The position numbers were made by a program, and so were the translations under genes. Positions 26,762 through 35,686 of a DNA stretch of 64,000 bases are shown piece after piece (position 1 is the first letter of the stretch; each line of letters starts with the position of its first letter). The DNA lies in contig JAIERW010000005.1 of NCBI GenBank assembly GCA_019746485.1, positions 15,078 to 79,077 on the forward strand, written 5' to 3'. This DNA is from Candidatus Babeliales bacterium (lineage in GTDB: Bacteria; Babelota; Babeliae; Babelales; RVW-14). The notes under the pieces are model-generated. The model ran no database searches and was not told the origin of the DNA. It saw only the letters and a program-made list of their open reading frames with translations.

Positions 26762-28192
26762 ATGCAAGAAAAGCTCTCCGGTAAGTTATATAAGTTATGG
26801 GGCATTAAGCGAGAGTTTCTTCTCAAAATATTGCTACTTTCAGCAACGTACTTCTTTTTAATGGCTTGCCATGTGATTTGGAAGCCACTTAAATACTCGC
26901 TCTTTGGGCAAATTGTTGGCACCAGCTCCGTCCCTTTCGCTAAAATTTCTTCTCTGCTTTTCTTAATTCCTCTGATCTTACTTTACTCCAAACTTGTCGA
27001 CTGGCTCAGACGCCACCATCTCCTCTATTTTTTTACTATATCTCACGCACTTGGCGGTCTATTTTTTTACTACTTCATCTCTCATCCCGTTTACGGCATT
27101 GCAAATACTGACACAGGACCAAGTCGTTATATTGGATGGCTCTTTTATTTCTTTATGGAAAGCTTCGACGCCTTTCTTTCAACAACATTCTGGTCATTTG
27201 CTGACTCAGTAAACAACGCTAATGACGCAAAATATTATTATGGCTTTTTTGTTTCAGGTTCAAAAATTGGTGGCATGCTTACCGCAGCAACATTATACTT
27301 TGTGCTCACGGGCGCAACAACAGAAAGCCAGTTAAGCATTATTCCTAACGCACTTCTGATTGGCAGCTGCATGCTCTTTGCCGCAGCAGCATGTATCTAC
27401 TTTCTCGTCAAAAAAGTTCCTGAAGGCATCATGCACGGCTATGAAAAAGTATATCAACTTGAAAAACATAAAGATGTCGAACACATCCCCACGCCAACGC
27501 GGCTTAAAAGCTTTTTACGCTCAATCACCAGCGCCTTTGATGGCTTAACCATCATGGTAAAGAGTTCTTATGTTATGGGTATTTTTTCACTCGTATTTTT
27601 TTATGAAATTATCATAGCAATTTTTGATTACCTGGTTATGATGCGTGCCGAAAGCGCACATCCTTCAATCGGCTCAATGACGGCTTTTTATGCACTATAT
27701 TTCTTCATCATGAATGGTATTGGCTTGTTGATCAGCTTGTTTGGTACAACCCCATTGTTGCGTATTTTGGGCATTAGAATGTCTCTCTTTGCCTTCCCGC
27801 TTATCTGCCTGATTATGCTCGTAACTACCTTTATATTTCCTCAAGGATGGATTTTGTTTGGTACCTTGATCGGTTTACGCGCCTTTAACTATGCACTCAA
27901 CCACCCAACACGAGAAGTCTTATATATTCCAACCACCAAAGATATCAAGTTTAAAGCAAAAACATGGACCGATGCCTTTGGGTCTCGTATTGCTAAAGGA
28001 TTTGGTTCCTTCTTCAACTTGGCGCTTCAAAGTGTTGCTCCGGCTATTGCCTTATTCTCAAGCATCACATTCAGCCTTGGCTTAACAGGCATCTGGCTGG
28101 TTATTACCTACTTTTTAGGTAAGACATTGCAAAGCGCAATCGATGAAAATCGCATTATCGGCGAAACAGAAGAGTCTAAAACCAATAGGTAG
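26762..28192 (+). CDS. ntt: nucleotide transporter, ATP/ADP translocase (TLC/NTT) family, copy 1
   Basis: About 12 TM segments. FWSFADSVNNANDAKYYYGFFVSGSKIGG resembles the chlamydial/rickettsial FWGFANEIT..EAKRFYALFG.GAN. REVLYIPTTKDIKFKAKTWTDAFGSRIAKGFGS resembles EMAYIPLD.E.K.KGKAAIDVV..R.GKSGGS. The comparison is from memory. Start is the ATG at 26762, with the GTG at 26756 as an alternative. Confidence 0.75.
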   Translation: MQEKLSGKLYKLWGIKREFLLKILLLSATYFFLMACHVIWKPLKYSLFGQIVGTSSVPFAKISSLLFLIPLILLYSKLVDWLRRHHLLYFFTISHALGGLFFYYFISHPVYGIANTDTGPSRYIGWLFYFFMESFDAFLSTTFWSFADSVNNANDAKYYYGFFVSGSKIGGMLTAATLYFVLTGATTESQLSIIPNALLIGSCMLFAAAACIYFLVKKVPEGIMHGYEKVYQLEKHKDVEHIPTPTRLKSFLRSITSAFDGLTIMVKSSYVMGIFSLVFFYEIIIAIFDYLVMMRAESAHPSIGSMTAFYALYFFIMNGIGLLISLFGTTPLLRILGIRMSLFAFPLICLIMLVTTFIFPQGWILFGTLIGLRAFNYALNHPTREVLYIPTTKDIKFKAKTWTDAFGSRIAKGFGSFFNLALQSVAPAIALFSSITFSLGLTGIWLVITYFLGKTLQSAIDENRIIGETEESKTNR

Positions 28193-28222
28193 TAATCAAC
28201 TAAGTACAACAAAAGGAAGAGT

Positions 28223-29617
28223 ATGATTTTTAGATTTGCCAGGCATATTTCACGAACAATGGAAGAAAAATTACAAATAGATTCAAATGAGATAAAAAAA
28301 TTATTTCTTTTGGCGTTTTCATTTTTCTTCATAATAGCGTCATACTCAATTCTTCGCTCACTTAAAACGTCCATCTTTTTAGGGCTTGTAGGCAAAGAAT
28401 ACCAACCAATGACACGCCTTATTGCTATTGTTATTATGTTTCCAGCAATGCTTGGCTACGCCAAACTGGTTGATAAATTTAAACGCGAACAAATTGTTTA
28501 TACCATCATTGGTATTTATGCTGTTGCAAGCCTTGTCTTTGCTGTACTTTTAGCCCATCCCACCATTGGCGTCCAAAACACTTTCACCAGCCCCTACCGC
28601 TTTATTGGCTGGGGTTTTGAAATTTTCATGGATCTTTACTCAGCCCTGGTGGTAAGCACCTTCTGGAGCTTTGTTAACTCAATCTGCACGCCAATGTTTG
28701 CGGAAAAAGGATACGGCACCATTGTAGCTATCTCTAAAATAGGAGGCATTGCTGCAGCTCTTATTGGCTTATTAATAACAAGATCTGGCCTTGAAACATC
28801 ATCATCAATTCCACTTCTTACCGCAAGCGCTGGCATTTTCTTATTCCTTTCAATTCTCTTGGTACGTTCTATTATCAAAACCATCCCAGATTCATATTTG
28901 CACGGTTATCAAGCAGCGTTTGTTGAAGAGAAGAAGGCTGAAAAGCAACTTAAAAAACCGGGTATCTTTGAAGGCTTACGCTTGATGCTTACCGAGCCGT
29001 ATGTTCTTGGAATTTTCGGCATTTTGTACAGCATGGAAATTATTTCAATCATTTTTGACTATCAAATGCAAGTATTAATGTCTGTTGAAATGAACAACCA
29101 CATTGGCTCTATGAGCTCATTTATGTTTATTTATACAGCAACATTTCAAGTCTGCACCTTCTTATTTGCATTTTTGGGCACCTCAACGTTGTTGAAAAAA
29201 ATTGGGGTTCGTGCTTGCTTAATTATCACTCCGCTTGTACTGGGTCTTCTTTCACTCATCATGCTTACCTGGCCATCGCTCTGGATAACCTTTTTCATTT
29301 TGGTTATTTTACGCGCTCTGAACTACGGCTTCAACCAGCCAGTACGCGAAATACTGTATATTCCAACAGTTAAAGATATCCAATTTAAATCAAAAGCTTG
29401 GATCGAGTCGTTTGGTAAAACCTTTTCCAAGGCCTCCGGTTCAGCCTTTAGTTGGATTTCTATAACCACCAACCCGCTCTTGTGCATCCGAACCAACGCT
29501 ATATTTTCCTTTGCCATTAGCGCTTTTTACCTGGTTGTGGTATTTTTCTTGGGCCGACGCTATGCAAAAACAGTTGAAAATAATGAAGTTATCGGCACAA
29601 AGAGATATAAATCTTGA
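28223..29617 (+). CDS. ntt: nucleotide transporter, ATP/ADP translocase (TLC/NTT) family, copy 2
   Basis: A paralog of the previous gene: FWSFVNSICTPMFAEKGYGTIVAISKIGG and REILYIPTVKDIQFKSKAWIESFGKTFSKASGS. About 12 TM segments. Confidence 0.75.
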   Translation: MIFRFARHISRTMEEKLQIDSNEIKKLFLLAFSFFFIIASYSILRSLKTSIFLGLVGKEYQPMTRLIAIVIMFPAMLGYAKLVDKFKREQIVYTIIGIYAVASLVFAVLLAHPTIGVQNTFTSPYRFIGWGFEIFMDLYSALVVSTFWSFVNSICTPMFAEKGYGTIVAISKIGGIAAALIGLLITRSGLETSSSIPLLTASAGIFLFLSILLVRSIIKTIPDSYLHGYQAAFVEEKKAEKQLKKPGIFEGLRLMLTEPYVLGIFGILYSMEIISIIFDYQMQVLMSVEMNNHIGSMSSFMFIYTATFQVCTFLFAFLGTSTLLKKIGVRACLIITPLVLGLLSLIMLTWPSLWITFFILVILRALNYGFNQPVREILYIPTVKDIQFKSKAWIESFGKTFSKASGSAFSWISITTNPLLCIRTNAIFSFAISAFYLVVVFFLGRRYAKTVENNEVIGTKRYKS

Positions 29618-29770
29618 TCTTCAACTCATTTCTGATAGAATTGAGAGCGTTATTGTAAGCATTTTATGCAGTTATTATAATTGGACCTTGTTTCTTATTG
29701 ACGGGTGGTTACCTTACAAAATACGTAAAAAACCAAAGAAACAATAGATATAACCCGAAGAAGGATTTTT

Positions 29771-30628
29771 ATGAACATCGATTTAAAAGATATGCTCAAA
29801 GCTGGCCTTCATTTTGGTCACAAGACTTCACGTTGGTCGCCAAACATGCGTCCCTACATCTGGGGCTCAAAAAATCACGTACATTTGATTGATATCTCCA
29901 AGACTGCCTTCTTGTTAGAAAAAACAGGCCTTGAGTTGAAAAAACTCGCAGCTGAAGGTGGCACATTCTTGTGGATTGGTACTAAAAAGCCTGCTCAAAA
30001 GATCGTTCAAGAAATTGCAACCAAGTTGAATATGCCTTGGGTTATTCATCGCTGGATCGGCGGCACCTTGAGCAACTTTGATCAAGTTAAAAAAGCTATT
30101 ACACGCCTTCTTCATTTGCGCGATGTTATGGCAAAACCTACTGCTCATTACACAAAAAAAGAACTTGTGATGATCCAAAAGGAAATCGAACGTCTTGAAA
30201 AGAATGTTGGCGGTATTATTGAATTGTCATACCCACCAGCAGGTTTGATTGTTGTTGACGCAGGCAGAGAACAATCTGCAATAAAAGAAGCTTCACGTTT
30301 GGGTATTCCAATCGTATCACTCGTCGACACCAACACAGATCCTTCAGGCGTTAACTTTGTTATTCCTGCAAACGATGACTCACCAAAATCGATTCGTTAT
30401 GTTCTTGAATACTTGCAAGCAAAAGTTGAAGAAGGTATGAAAGAATTTAAAGACAACAAAGGCGCAGAAAAAACTGCTAAAAAAGTAGTTGCTAAAGAAG
30501 TTGCCCCAGTTGTTGAACCGGTAATCATTGAAGCGTTGGCTCTTGAAGAAGGTGACGACATTGTTGGTAACACCGCAAAAGTAGAAGCTATTAAAAAGCC
30601 TCTTTCACGATCACCGATCAAGAAATAA
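29771..30628 (+). CDS. rpsB: 30S ribosomal protein S2
   Basis: LKDMLKAGLHFGHKTSRWSPNMRPYIWGSKNHVHLIDISKT..., VDAGREQSAIKEASRLGIPIVSLVDTNTDPSGVNFVIPANDDS. It has a charged C-terminal extension. Confidence 0.95.
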   Translation: MNIDLKDMLKAGLHFGHKTSRWSPNMRPYIWGSKNHVHLIDISKTAFLLEKTGLELKKLAAEGGTFLWIGTKKPAQKIVQEIATKLNMPWVIHRWIGGTLSNFDQVKKAITRLLHLRDVMAKPTAHYTKKELVMIQKEIERLEKNVGGIIELSYPPAGLIVVDAGREQSAIKEASRLGIPIVSLVDTNTDPSGVNFVIPANDDSPKSIRYVLEYLQAKVEEGMKEFKDNKGAEKTAKKVVAKEVAPVVEPVIIEALALEEGDDIVGNTAKVEAIKKPLSRSPIKK

Positions 30629-30653
30629 CGACCCTGTCTTTGACAAAATATCA

Positions 30654-30715
30654 TCCCGAGTGCCCGGCGTAGTCCTGAGCTTGTCGAAAGACGAAGACTG
30701 GGTGTATCGAGGGAA
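30654..30715. repeat. GC-rich intergenic repeat, long copy, abutting the 5' end of tRNA-Ser
   Basis: tcccgagtgcccg-[gcgtagtcctgagcttgtcgaaagacgaagact]-gggtgtatcgagggaa. Both arms recur without the insert at 40241-40271. Confidence 0.6.
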
Positions 30716-30807
30716 GGAGAGGTGGCTGAGTGGCCGAAAGCGCATGATTGGAAATCATGTATGCCCTGAAAGGGGCATCGAGGGTTCGAATCCCTCTCTC
30801 TCCACCA
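30716..30807 (+). tRNA. tRNA-Ser (GGA), class II with long variable arm, CCA encoded
   Basis: Acceptor ggagagg/tctctcc, anticodon stem-loop catga-ttGGAaa-tcatg, variable arm tatgccctgaaaggggcat, T-arm gagggttcgaatccctc, 3' ACCA. Confidence 0.9.
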
Positions 30808-30945
30808 TACTTCGCCAAGGCTTCGTATGGCACGGCCATTTTCTTTAAAAGTTTTAGAAACGGTAGAACAAAGCGAAGTATGTCCTTCGAAGCTCTGAAA
30901 GAGCGTAGTAGGACAGGCCGGATGGCAGGCCAGTTCTTTTAAATG
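30808..30945. repeat. GC-rich intergenic hairpin-forming elements downstream of tRNA-Ser
   Basis: Inverted repeat atacttcgc ... gcgaagtat (about 30808-30882), then gtcct-tcgaagctctgaaagagcgtag-taggac and ggccggatggcaggcc. It shares ggcttcg and gcgtagt cores with 8986-9077 and 30654-30715. Confidence 0.5.
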
Positions 30946-30991
30946 AAATATACCGCTTTTTGCGCGAATAACGCATAAAGCATAGAAAATT

Positions 30992-31074
30992 GGGACAAAA
31001 TAAGTAGTTTTTGTACACAATCTGTCAGATCCGGAAGGAAGCAGCAGGGGTATGAAAATTCTGTATTTTGTCCC
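30992..31074 (+). ncRNA. ffs: signal recognition particle RNA (small bacterial 4.5S type)
   Basis: Contains the universally conserved domain IV sequence tgtcagatccGGAAggaagcagca (E. coli: GUCAGGUCCGGAAGGAAGCAGC). The terminal arms gggacaaaata / tattttgtccc pair to close the hairpin, and a tttttt run follows. Confidence 0.8.
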
Positions 31075-31229
31075 TTTTTTAACCCATCTTGAAAAATACT
31101 TGACTATTATTAAATATAATCTACAATAAAACCATGGGTGATTCAATTTGAATTTATCATAAATAACTAAAAAATCGCCTTTTTGGAGATTTCTAACTCT
31201 TTTTAAAAAAATAACTGGGAGGTTATATC

Positions 31230-31805
31230 ATGAAAAAGTTACCTAATTTAATGTTAATTATAGGCCTGTTAGCAGGCTCATTGCACGGCGCAGCAACATC
31301 ACCATTTGAACACTACTGTCAGCTTGGAAAAAGCAAAAAAGAAAAATTGTTTCAACTCGCAATTGTAAACCAAGACTACATAGCCAGAAAAATAGTGGCG
31401 TTACAAAACGATACAACAAAAACAATAACAGAGCTCAACGAGGAATACCCAAAACTCAGAAAAGAACAAACGCAAGCAGAAGATATCATTGGATGCTACA
31501 GCAATTGTTCATTTGCTCAATTTATTATAGAAAAAACTCGGTTACAACTAAATTATGCTGATGAACAAAAAGAACCAATGATCCACCTCTTACAACAAAT
31601 CACATTAATAACGAACCATATAAACAAGATAAAATTAGAAATGGCTAAATTAGAATGGTGCGTAAAACCACGCAAGAAATTTGAACGGCCATGGAGAGAT
31701 TATCTTGGAAAAACTCCACGAAAAAGCTCACACCGCAAAGCAGCAATGATCAATCACCACAACAACGCACAGTTAAAAAAGAGGTTATACCATGAAAACA
31801 TTTAA
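31230..31805 (+). CDS. secreted coiled-coil protein, six-gene family member 1
   Basis: RBS gggaggttatatc-ATG. Signal peptide MKKLPNLMLIIGLLAGSLHGAATS. C-terminal basic block CVKPRKKFERPWRDYLGKTPRKSSHRK (31659-31739). Confidence 0.75.
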   Translation: MKKLPNLMLIIGLLAGSLHGAATSPFEHYCQLGKSKKEKLFQLAIVNQDYIARKIVALQNDTTKTITELNEEYPKLRKEQTQAEDIIGCYSNCSFAQFIIEKTRLQLNYADEQKEPMIHLLQQITLITNHINKIKLEMAKLEWCVKPRKKFERPWRDYLGKTPRKSSHRKAAMINHHNNAQLKKRLYHENI

Positions 31806-32688
31806 TTATTTATTGTTAATATTAGGCCTTGCTGCCAGCTCACTCTACGGCGCAGCATCATCATCTGGCCCAAGCACACAAGCTACGAAAAAAATTGAAC
31901 ACTACCAAAAACTTGCACAAGACAAAGATAACAGCTATTTGAAGCTGGCAATCATCGAAAGATTTATAGCTGAAAAAAATATAGTACAACTTTCCTCCCT
32001 CAGAGAAAAAGCAAGTAGCGCAGAAGAGATAACAGAGATCGACACACAATTGAAAAATCTCGAAATGCGAATAACCAAAGCACTAGAAATTATTGAACAC
32101 TATGCCACCTATCCATTTGCTGATCGTGTTTCTAAAACAACCAGATTGATAATACTAAGCACACAAGACCAAGCGAAACCAGAACAAGCCCTGCTTAAAC
32201 ATCATGCAGCAACGGAAGAACGCATAGACAAAATAGCATTGGAAATGGCCGAGTTAACCCGAAGCACAGGCTTGGGAATGATCCCGCGTCTAAAATTTGA
32301 AAGGCGCTGGAGAATCTATCTTGGAAAAGCTCCACGAGCTAGTTCAAAACGAAAACCGGTAAGTATCAATAATTGCCATAAAAACTATGAAGCCAACTAC
32401 TTGGCATACGTTCTTTTAAAGGTATTCGTTCTTGAACTAGATCATGAAATAATACGCCAAGATATTATGGATGATGCTGCAGAACAACAACTTAAGGCAA
32501 TATCAAAAGAAATAAAGCGCTTGGAACACTATGCAGAAAAAACAGAGGGCTACTCCTTTCATAAAGAAATAGAGCGCTACGTTGACGACATTATAGAAAA
32601 AAAATACGGACACCTTGAAGGCCAAGAATTAAGAGAAGTAATTCAAGTTGAAGTTGATGCAATCCGGAAAAGACTATCAGCTGATTAA
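31792..32688 (+). CDS. secreted coiled-coil protein, six-gene family member 2
   Basis: aagaggttatacc-ATG. Signal MKTFNYLLLILGLAASSLYGAASSS. Basic block GLGMIPRLKFERRWRIYLGKAPRASSKRK (from 32269) plus an extra roughly 110-aa C-terminal extension. It overlaps member 1 by 14 nt. Confidence 0.75.
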   Translation: MKTFNYLLLILGLAASSLYGAASSSGPSTQATKKIEHYQKLAQDKDNSYLKLAIIERFIAEKNIVQLSSLREKASSAEEITEIDTQLKNLEMRITKALEIIEHYATYPFADRVSKTTRLIILSTQDQAKPEQALLKHHAATEERIDKIALEMAELTRSTGLGMIPRLKFERRWRIYLGKAPRASSKRKPVSINNCHKNYEANYLAYVLLKVFVLELDHEIIRQDIMDDAAEQQLKAISKEIKRLEHYAEKTEGYSFHKEIERYVDDIIEKKYGHLEGQELREVIQVEVDAIRKRLSAD

Positions 32689-32704
32689 AAAAAGAGGTTA
32701 TATC

Positions 32705-33334
32705 ATGAAAAAATTAAATTATTTATTGTTAACATTAGGTCTGGCTGCCAGCTCTCTACGGGGCGCAGCATCATCGTCAAGTTCATCATCATCCTCAAGC
32801 TCGCACGAAGAAGAAAAGCTCAGCAAACAAGAGCTCGAGCAAAGAATGAATGAATATTATGTAACAAAGTTAATTTTCCAAGAAGCTTGGATAGAAAATG
32901 AAGTCCAATATCTTATGAATTTAAAAAAACAAACAAGTGATGCAACAGCACTCGCTAATTTAACCGCGAAAATTCGAGCATACAACACCCAGCGAATAGC
33001 AATAAACAATGCTATAGACAAACACAACAAAGCTTCATTTTTTAAGAAAACCGAAAAAGATATGGAAACAATGATTACTACAATCTTCACCTATGATTCT
33101 TGCCAATTAAAAAAAGCACTTGAACAAAACATACAAGAAGCTTCAGAAAAGCTTGAAGCTACAAAGTTAGCGCTAAAAAGCTTGACAGAACCAATCGAAA
33201 AAACACCAAAACAAAACACCGGATTAGGAATAACACCTCGACCAAAACCATCAAACAAGAAACAACCAGCCCCAAAACCAAAACTTTCTCTTCGTGCAAT
33301 CGCTATGCAAAATTCAGCAAAATTACAAAGCTAA
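32705..33334 (+). CDS. secreted coiled-coil protein, six-gene family member 3 (poly-Ser after signal peptide)
   Basis: aagaggttatatc-ATG at 32705. MKKLNYLLLTLGLAASSLRGAA followed by 11 Ser (32771-32803). Basic tail GLGITPRPKPSNKKQPAPKPK. Confidence 0.75.
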   Translation: MKKLNYLLLTLGLAASSLRGAASSSSSSSSSSSHEEEKLSKQELEQRMNEYYVTKLIFQEAWIENEVQYLMNLKKQTSDATALANLTAKIRAYNTQRIAINNAIDKHNKASFFKKTEKDMETMITTIFTYDSCQLKKALEQNIQEASEKLEATKLALKSLTEPIEKTPKQNTGLGITPRPKPSNKKQPAPKPKLSLRAIAMQNSAKLQS

Positions 33335-33360
33335 AAAAACTTAAAAACCAAGGACAAATC

Positions 33361-33978
33361 ATGAAAAAGTTAAATTATTTATTGTTAACACTAGGCCTGA
33401 TTGCAGGCTCATTACACGGTGCAGCAAGATCAGACTTAGAAAATATTGCAAAACAAACGCAAAGCCCAAGCAAGCAAACGCTCGAAAGCCAACTTCACGA
33501 GTGCAATTTACAGATTTTAATTTTCCAAGAATTCTTATTAGAACAAGAAGTTGCCATGTTCAAATCTTTGCAATCACCAACAACTCCTCCTGACGCACTA
33601 GAACGCATCAAACAAAACATTATACAAATTAACACGCAACGATTTACATTACAACAAGCAATAAAAACCTACAATTCGGCTCCATTTGCCAGCGATATTC
33701 ACACAAGCACAGATATAACAATTCGTGAGTGTAGTGAAGACGAAGATGGAGAAACCCTTGATTATGAAACAACAACAGAAGCAATAAACAAAGAAATCAA
33801 ACAACTCAAAAAAACGGTAGAAAACATACAACTAAGCATGCAGGCAAGCAAAGGGTTAAGCCGAACACCTCGTCAACAATTTGCAACAAATCCAGCACGA
33901 CGCAGACAGACACAAAAATCAGCAGCCGGACCAAAATGGCGTATTGAAGCCCTCAAACAAGATGCCCGCGAAGACTAA
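33361..33978 (+). CDS. secreted coiled-coil protein, six-gene family member 4
   Basis: MKKLNYLLLTLGLIAGSLHGAARS. The first roughly 70 nt are nearly identical to member 3. Basic tail KGLSRTPRQQFATNPARRRQTQKS. Confidence 0.75.
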   Translation: MKKLNYLLLTLGLIAGSLHGAARSDLENIAKQTQSPSKQTLESQLHECNLQILIFQEFLLEQEVAMFKSLQSPTTPPDALERIKQNIIQINTQRFTLQQAIKTYNSAPFASDIHTSTDITIRECSEDEDGETLDYETTTEAINKEIKQLKKTVENIQLSMQASKGLSRTPRQQFATNPARRRQTQKSAAGPKWRIEALKQDARED

Positions 33979-33992
33979 AACGAAAGCTCACC

Positions 33993-34592
33993 ATGAAAAA
34001 AATATACTACGCACTCATGCTTACTTTTATTACCAACAACGCTCACGGTGCTGCCAGCTCAACAGCTGATCGAAAAACTACGCTCGCTGTTACTGATAAA
34101 AAAATTAGCATTATTGGCAATGAAAAAAAGATCATTCTTTTGAGCCACCAGCTAAGTTTTTATGCCGAAGAGCTCCAAAGATATTGCACACAAAAAACAG
34201 CCTTAAACGCTGAGACACAAAAATTAAGTCAAGATGCCGACCAAATTGCTCTTGCACTGTCATTAAACCCGCATGATACAAGCTTAGAAACACAACTGCA
34301 AGAAGCTGAAAAAGCAATAAGCGAAAAAAGCGGTGTAACGATAGAATTAATGTTTGAAAATATGATCATTGAAGAAGAGTGCCAAACAACTGCAAAAAAA
34401 CTTAAAGAGCATCAAAAAAGACGTCCAACTTTGGGCACCATCGACAGCATAGTCAAAGCAACGAAACAAGCAAGAATGGAACTTGAAAGAGACAATATTA
34501 CTCATGAAAAATTAGAACAATTCTATCGCAAAAAATTAGACAAAATAAAGCAAGCACGTCTAGCAGAATTCGATGAAGAAGAGGACAACTAA
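33993..34592 (+). CDS. secreted coiled-coil protein, six-gene family member 5
   Basis: MKKIYYALMLTFITNNAHGAASS. Coiled-coil body with an acidic C-terminus FDEEEDN. Confidence 0.7.
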   Translation: MKKIYYALMLTFITNNAHGAASSTADRKTTLAVTDKKISIIGNEKKIILLSHQLSFYAEELQRYCTQKTALNAETQKLSQDADQIALALSLNPHDTSLETQLQEAEKAISEKSGVTIELMFENMIIEEECQTTAKKLKEHQKRRPTLGTIDSIVKATKQARMELERDNITHEKLEQFYRKKLDKIKQARLAEFDEEEDN

Positions 34593-34605
34593 AAAAGAGG
34601 TTATC

Positions 34606-35628
34606 ATGAAAAAAATATATTACGCACTACTCATGCTCAGCTTTATTGCTGGCAACGCTCACGCAGCCGCAGGCTCACCACAAGAAAACACAAGCTCAAA
34701 ACAAGATCGGCTCGAACGCAGAGAAGCAATTAAAGCAAGCCTGCACCATCCTAATCGTAAGCTGCGCCAAGACATAAACTTACGCGTTATTCTTGGGCAC
34801 AAAGCCGTAGAGCCAACCATAAAAATCGTAGACAACGAAAAAATGATCATTATATTAGGCCACAAACGTAAACTTTATCGCAGTCAAATTAGAGAATATC
34901 GTCACCAAGAAAAACAATTGGCTGACAAAATAGAAAAATTAAGACAAAAAATTTCCGAACTCAAAAAAGAAAAATCATCAAACAAATCGATCAAAAGACA
35001 AATAAAAAACCTGGTAGAGCGAATACGCATAAAAAACAACCAAGCATACAATGTATCCATTGATAAAATGACGCTAAAAAGTACGCTTACCTACATTAAT
35101 AATAAACTTGATGCCCTCATTGCTGAAAGAAGTAGTTACCATGCAAATCCCATGGCTCAACAAGCCAAAGACAAGGCACACCAAGAATTTGTAGAAAGCA
35201 GAATTATTGGTCACGAATTACGCTGCATTTACTTTGATAAATTAGCAAGAGCAAAGCGTGCAGAACTTGCAATGATAAATGATGAGAAAAGCCCATTTGC
35301 AATGGCAAGCTACGAGCCTCAAAGACAATCTCTTTTGGGAATTAACCAGCAGCTTTGCCAATTGTGTGTTTCGCGCCAAGAATATGCCCACTACCCAAAC
35401 CTGCAAGCACTCAAAGAAAAAGCATACACAATTGCACAAAAATTAGAACAAGACGCCAGAGCCAGGCACAACAGACTTGCAACGACAAGCATATTATTTT
35501 CTTGGGATGATAGCGATCAAAAAAATAGTGAACGAGAAGAGCGCATGAAAAAGAATAACGAACATCGAATAATGAAAGACTCCTTAAATCTTCTGGAAAG
35601 AGCAGTCAAAGAGTACATGTTCGAATAA
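34606..35628 (+). CDS. secreted coiled-coil protein, six-gene family member 6
   Basis: aagaggttatc-ATG at 34606. MKKIYYALLMLSFIAGNAHAAAGS. It shares IIGNEKKIILLSHQL / VDNEKMIIILGHKRKL with member 5. Confidence 0.7.
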   Translation: MKKIYYALLMLSFIAGNAHAAAGSPQENTSSKQDRLERREAIKASLHHPNRKLRQDINLRVILGHKAVEPTIKIVDNEKMIIILGHKRKLYRSQIREYRHQEKQLADKIEKLRQKISELKKEKSSNKSIKRQIKNLVERIRIKNNQAYNVSIDKMTLKSTLTYINNKLDALIAERSSYHANPMAQQAKDKAHQEFVESRIIGHELRCIYFDKLARAKRAELAMINDEKSPFAMASYEPQRQSLLGINQQLCQLCVSRQEYAHYPNLQALKEKAYTIAQKLEQDARARHNRLATTSILFSWDDSDQKNSEREERMKKNNEHRIMKDSLNLLERAVKEYMFE

Positions 35629-35660
35629 TAAATCTCATACAACCCCCCAGCTTCAAAAAG

Positions 35661-35686
35661 GGCTTTGCACACGCAAGGCCTTTTTT
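35661..35686 (+). terminator. rho-independent terminator after the six-gene family
   Basis: ggctttgc-acac-gcaaggcc followed by tttttt. Confidence 0.7.

Noticed and set aside
31084-31116. ttgaaa/ttgact ... tataat as a promoter for the six-gene family
   Set aside because: The spacers are 20 nt and 9 nt for the two possible -35 boxes, and neither fits sigma-70 geometry. The promoter is therefore left uncalled.
30397-31146. 249-aa ORF on the minus strand
   Set aside because: It spans the 3' end of rpsB, tRNA-Ser, the GC-rich repeat elements and the SRP RNA. It is kept open only by the GC-rich repeats, and no RBS or recognisable motif is present. It is an artefact.
32771-32803. 11-codon serine run as a phase-variable simple sequence repeat
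   Set aside because: The run uses mixed codons (tca/tcg/agt/tcc/agc), so it is not a homogeneous slippage-prone tract. It is more likely a flexible linker after the signal peptide.
19464-35628. Tandem repeated structures considered as a CRISPR array or other short-repeat array
   Set aside because: The repeat units are whole genes of 0.6-1 kb with signal peptides and RBSs, not 25-40 nt repeats with unique spacers. No cas genes are present.
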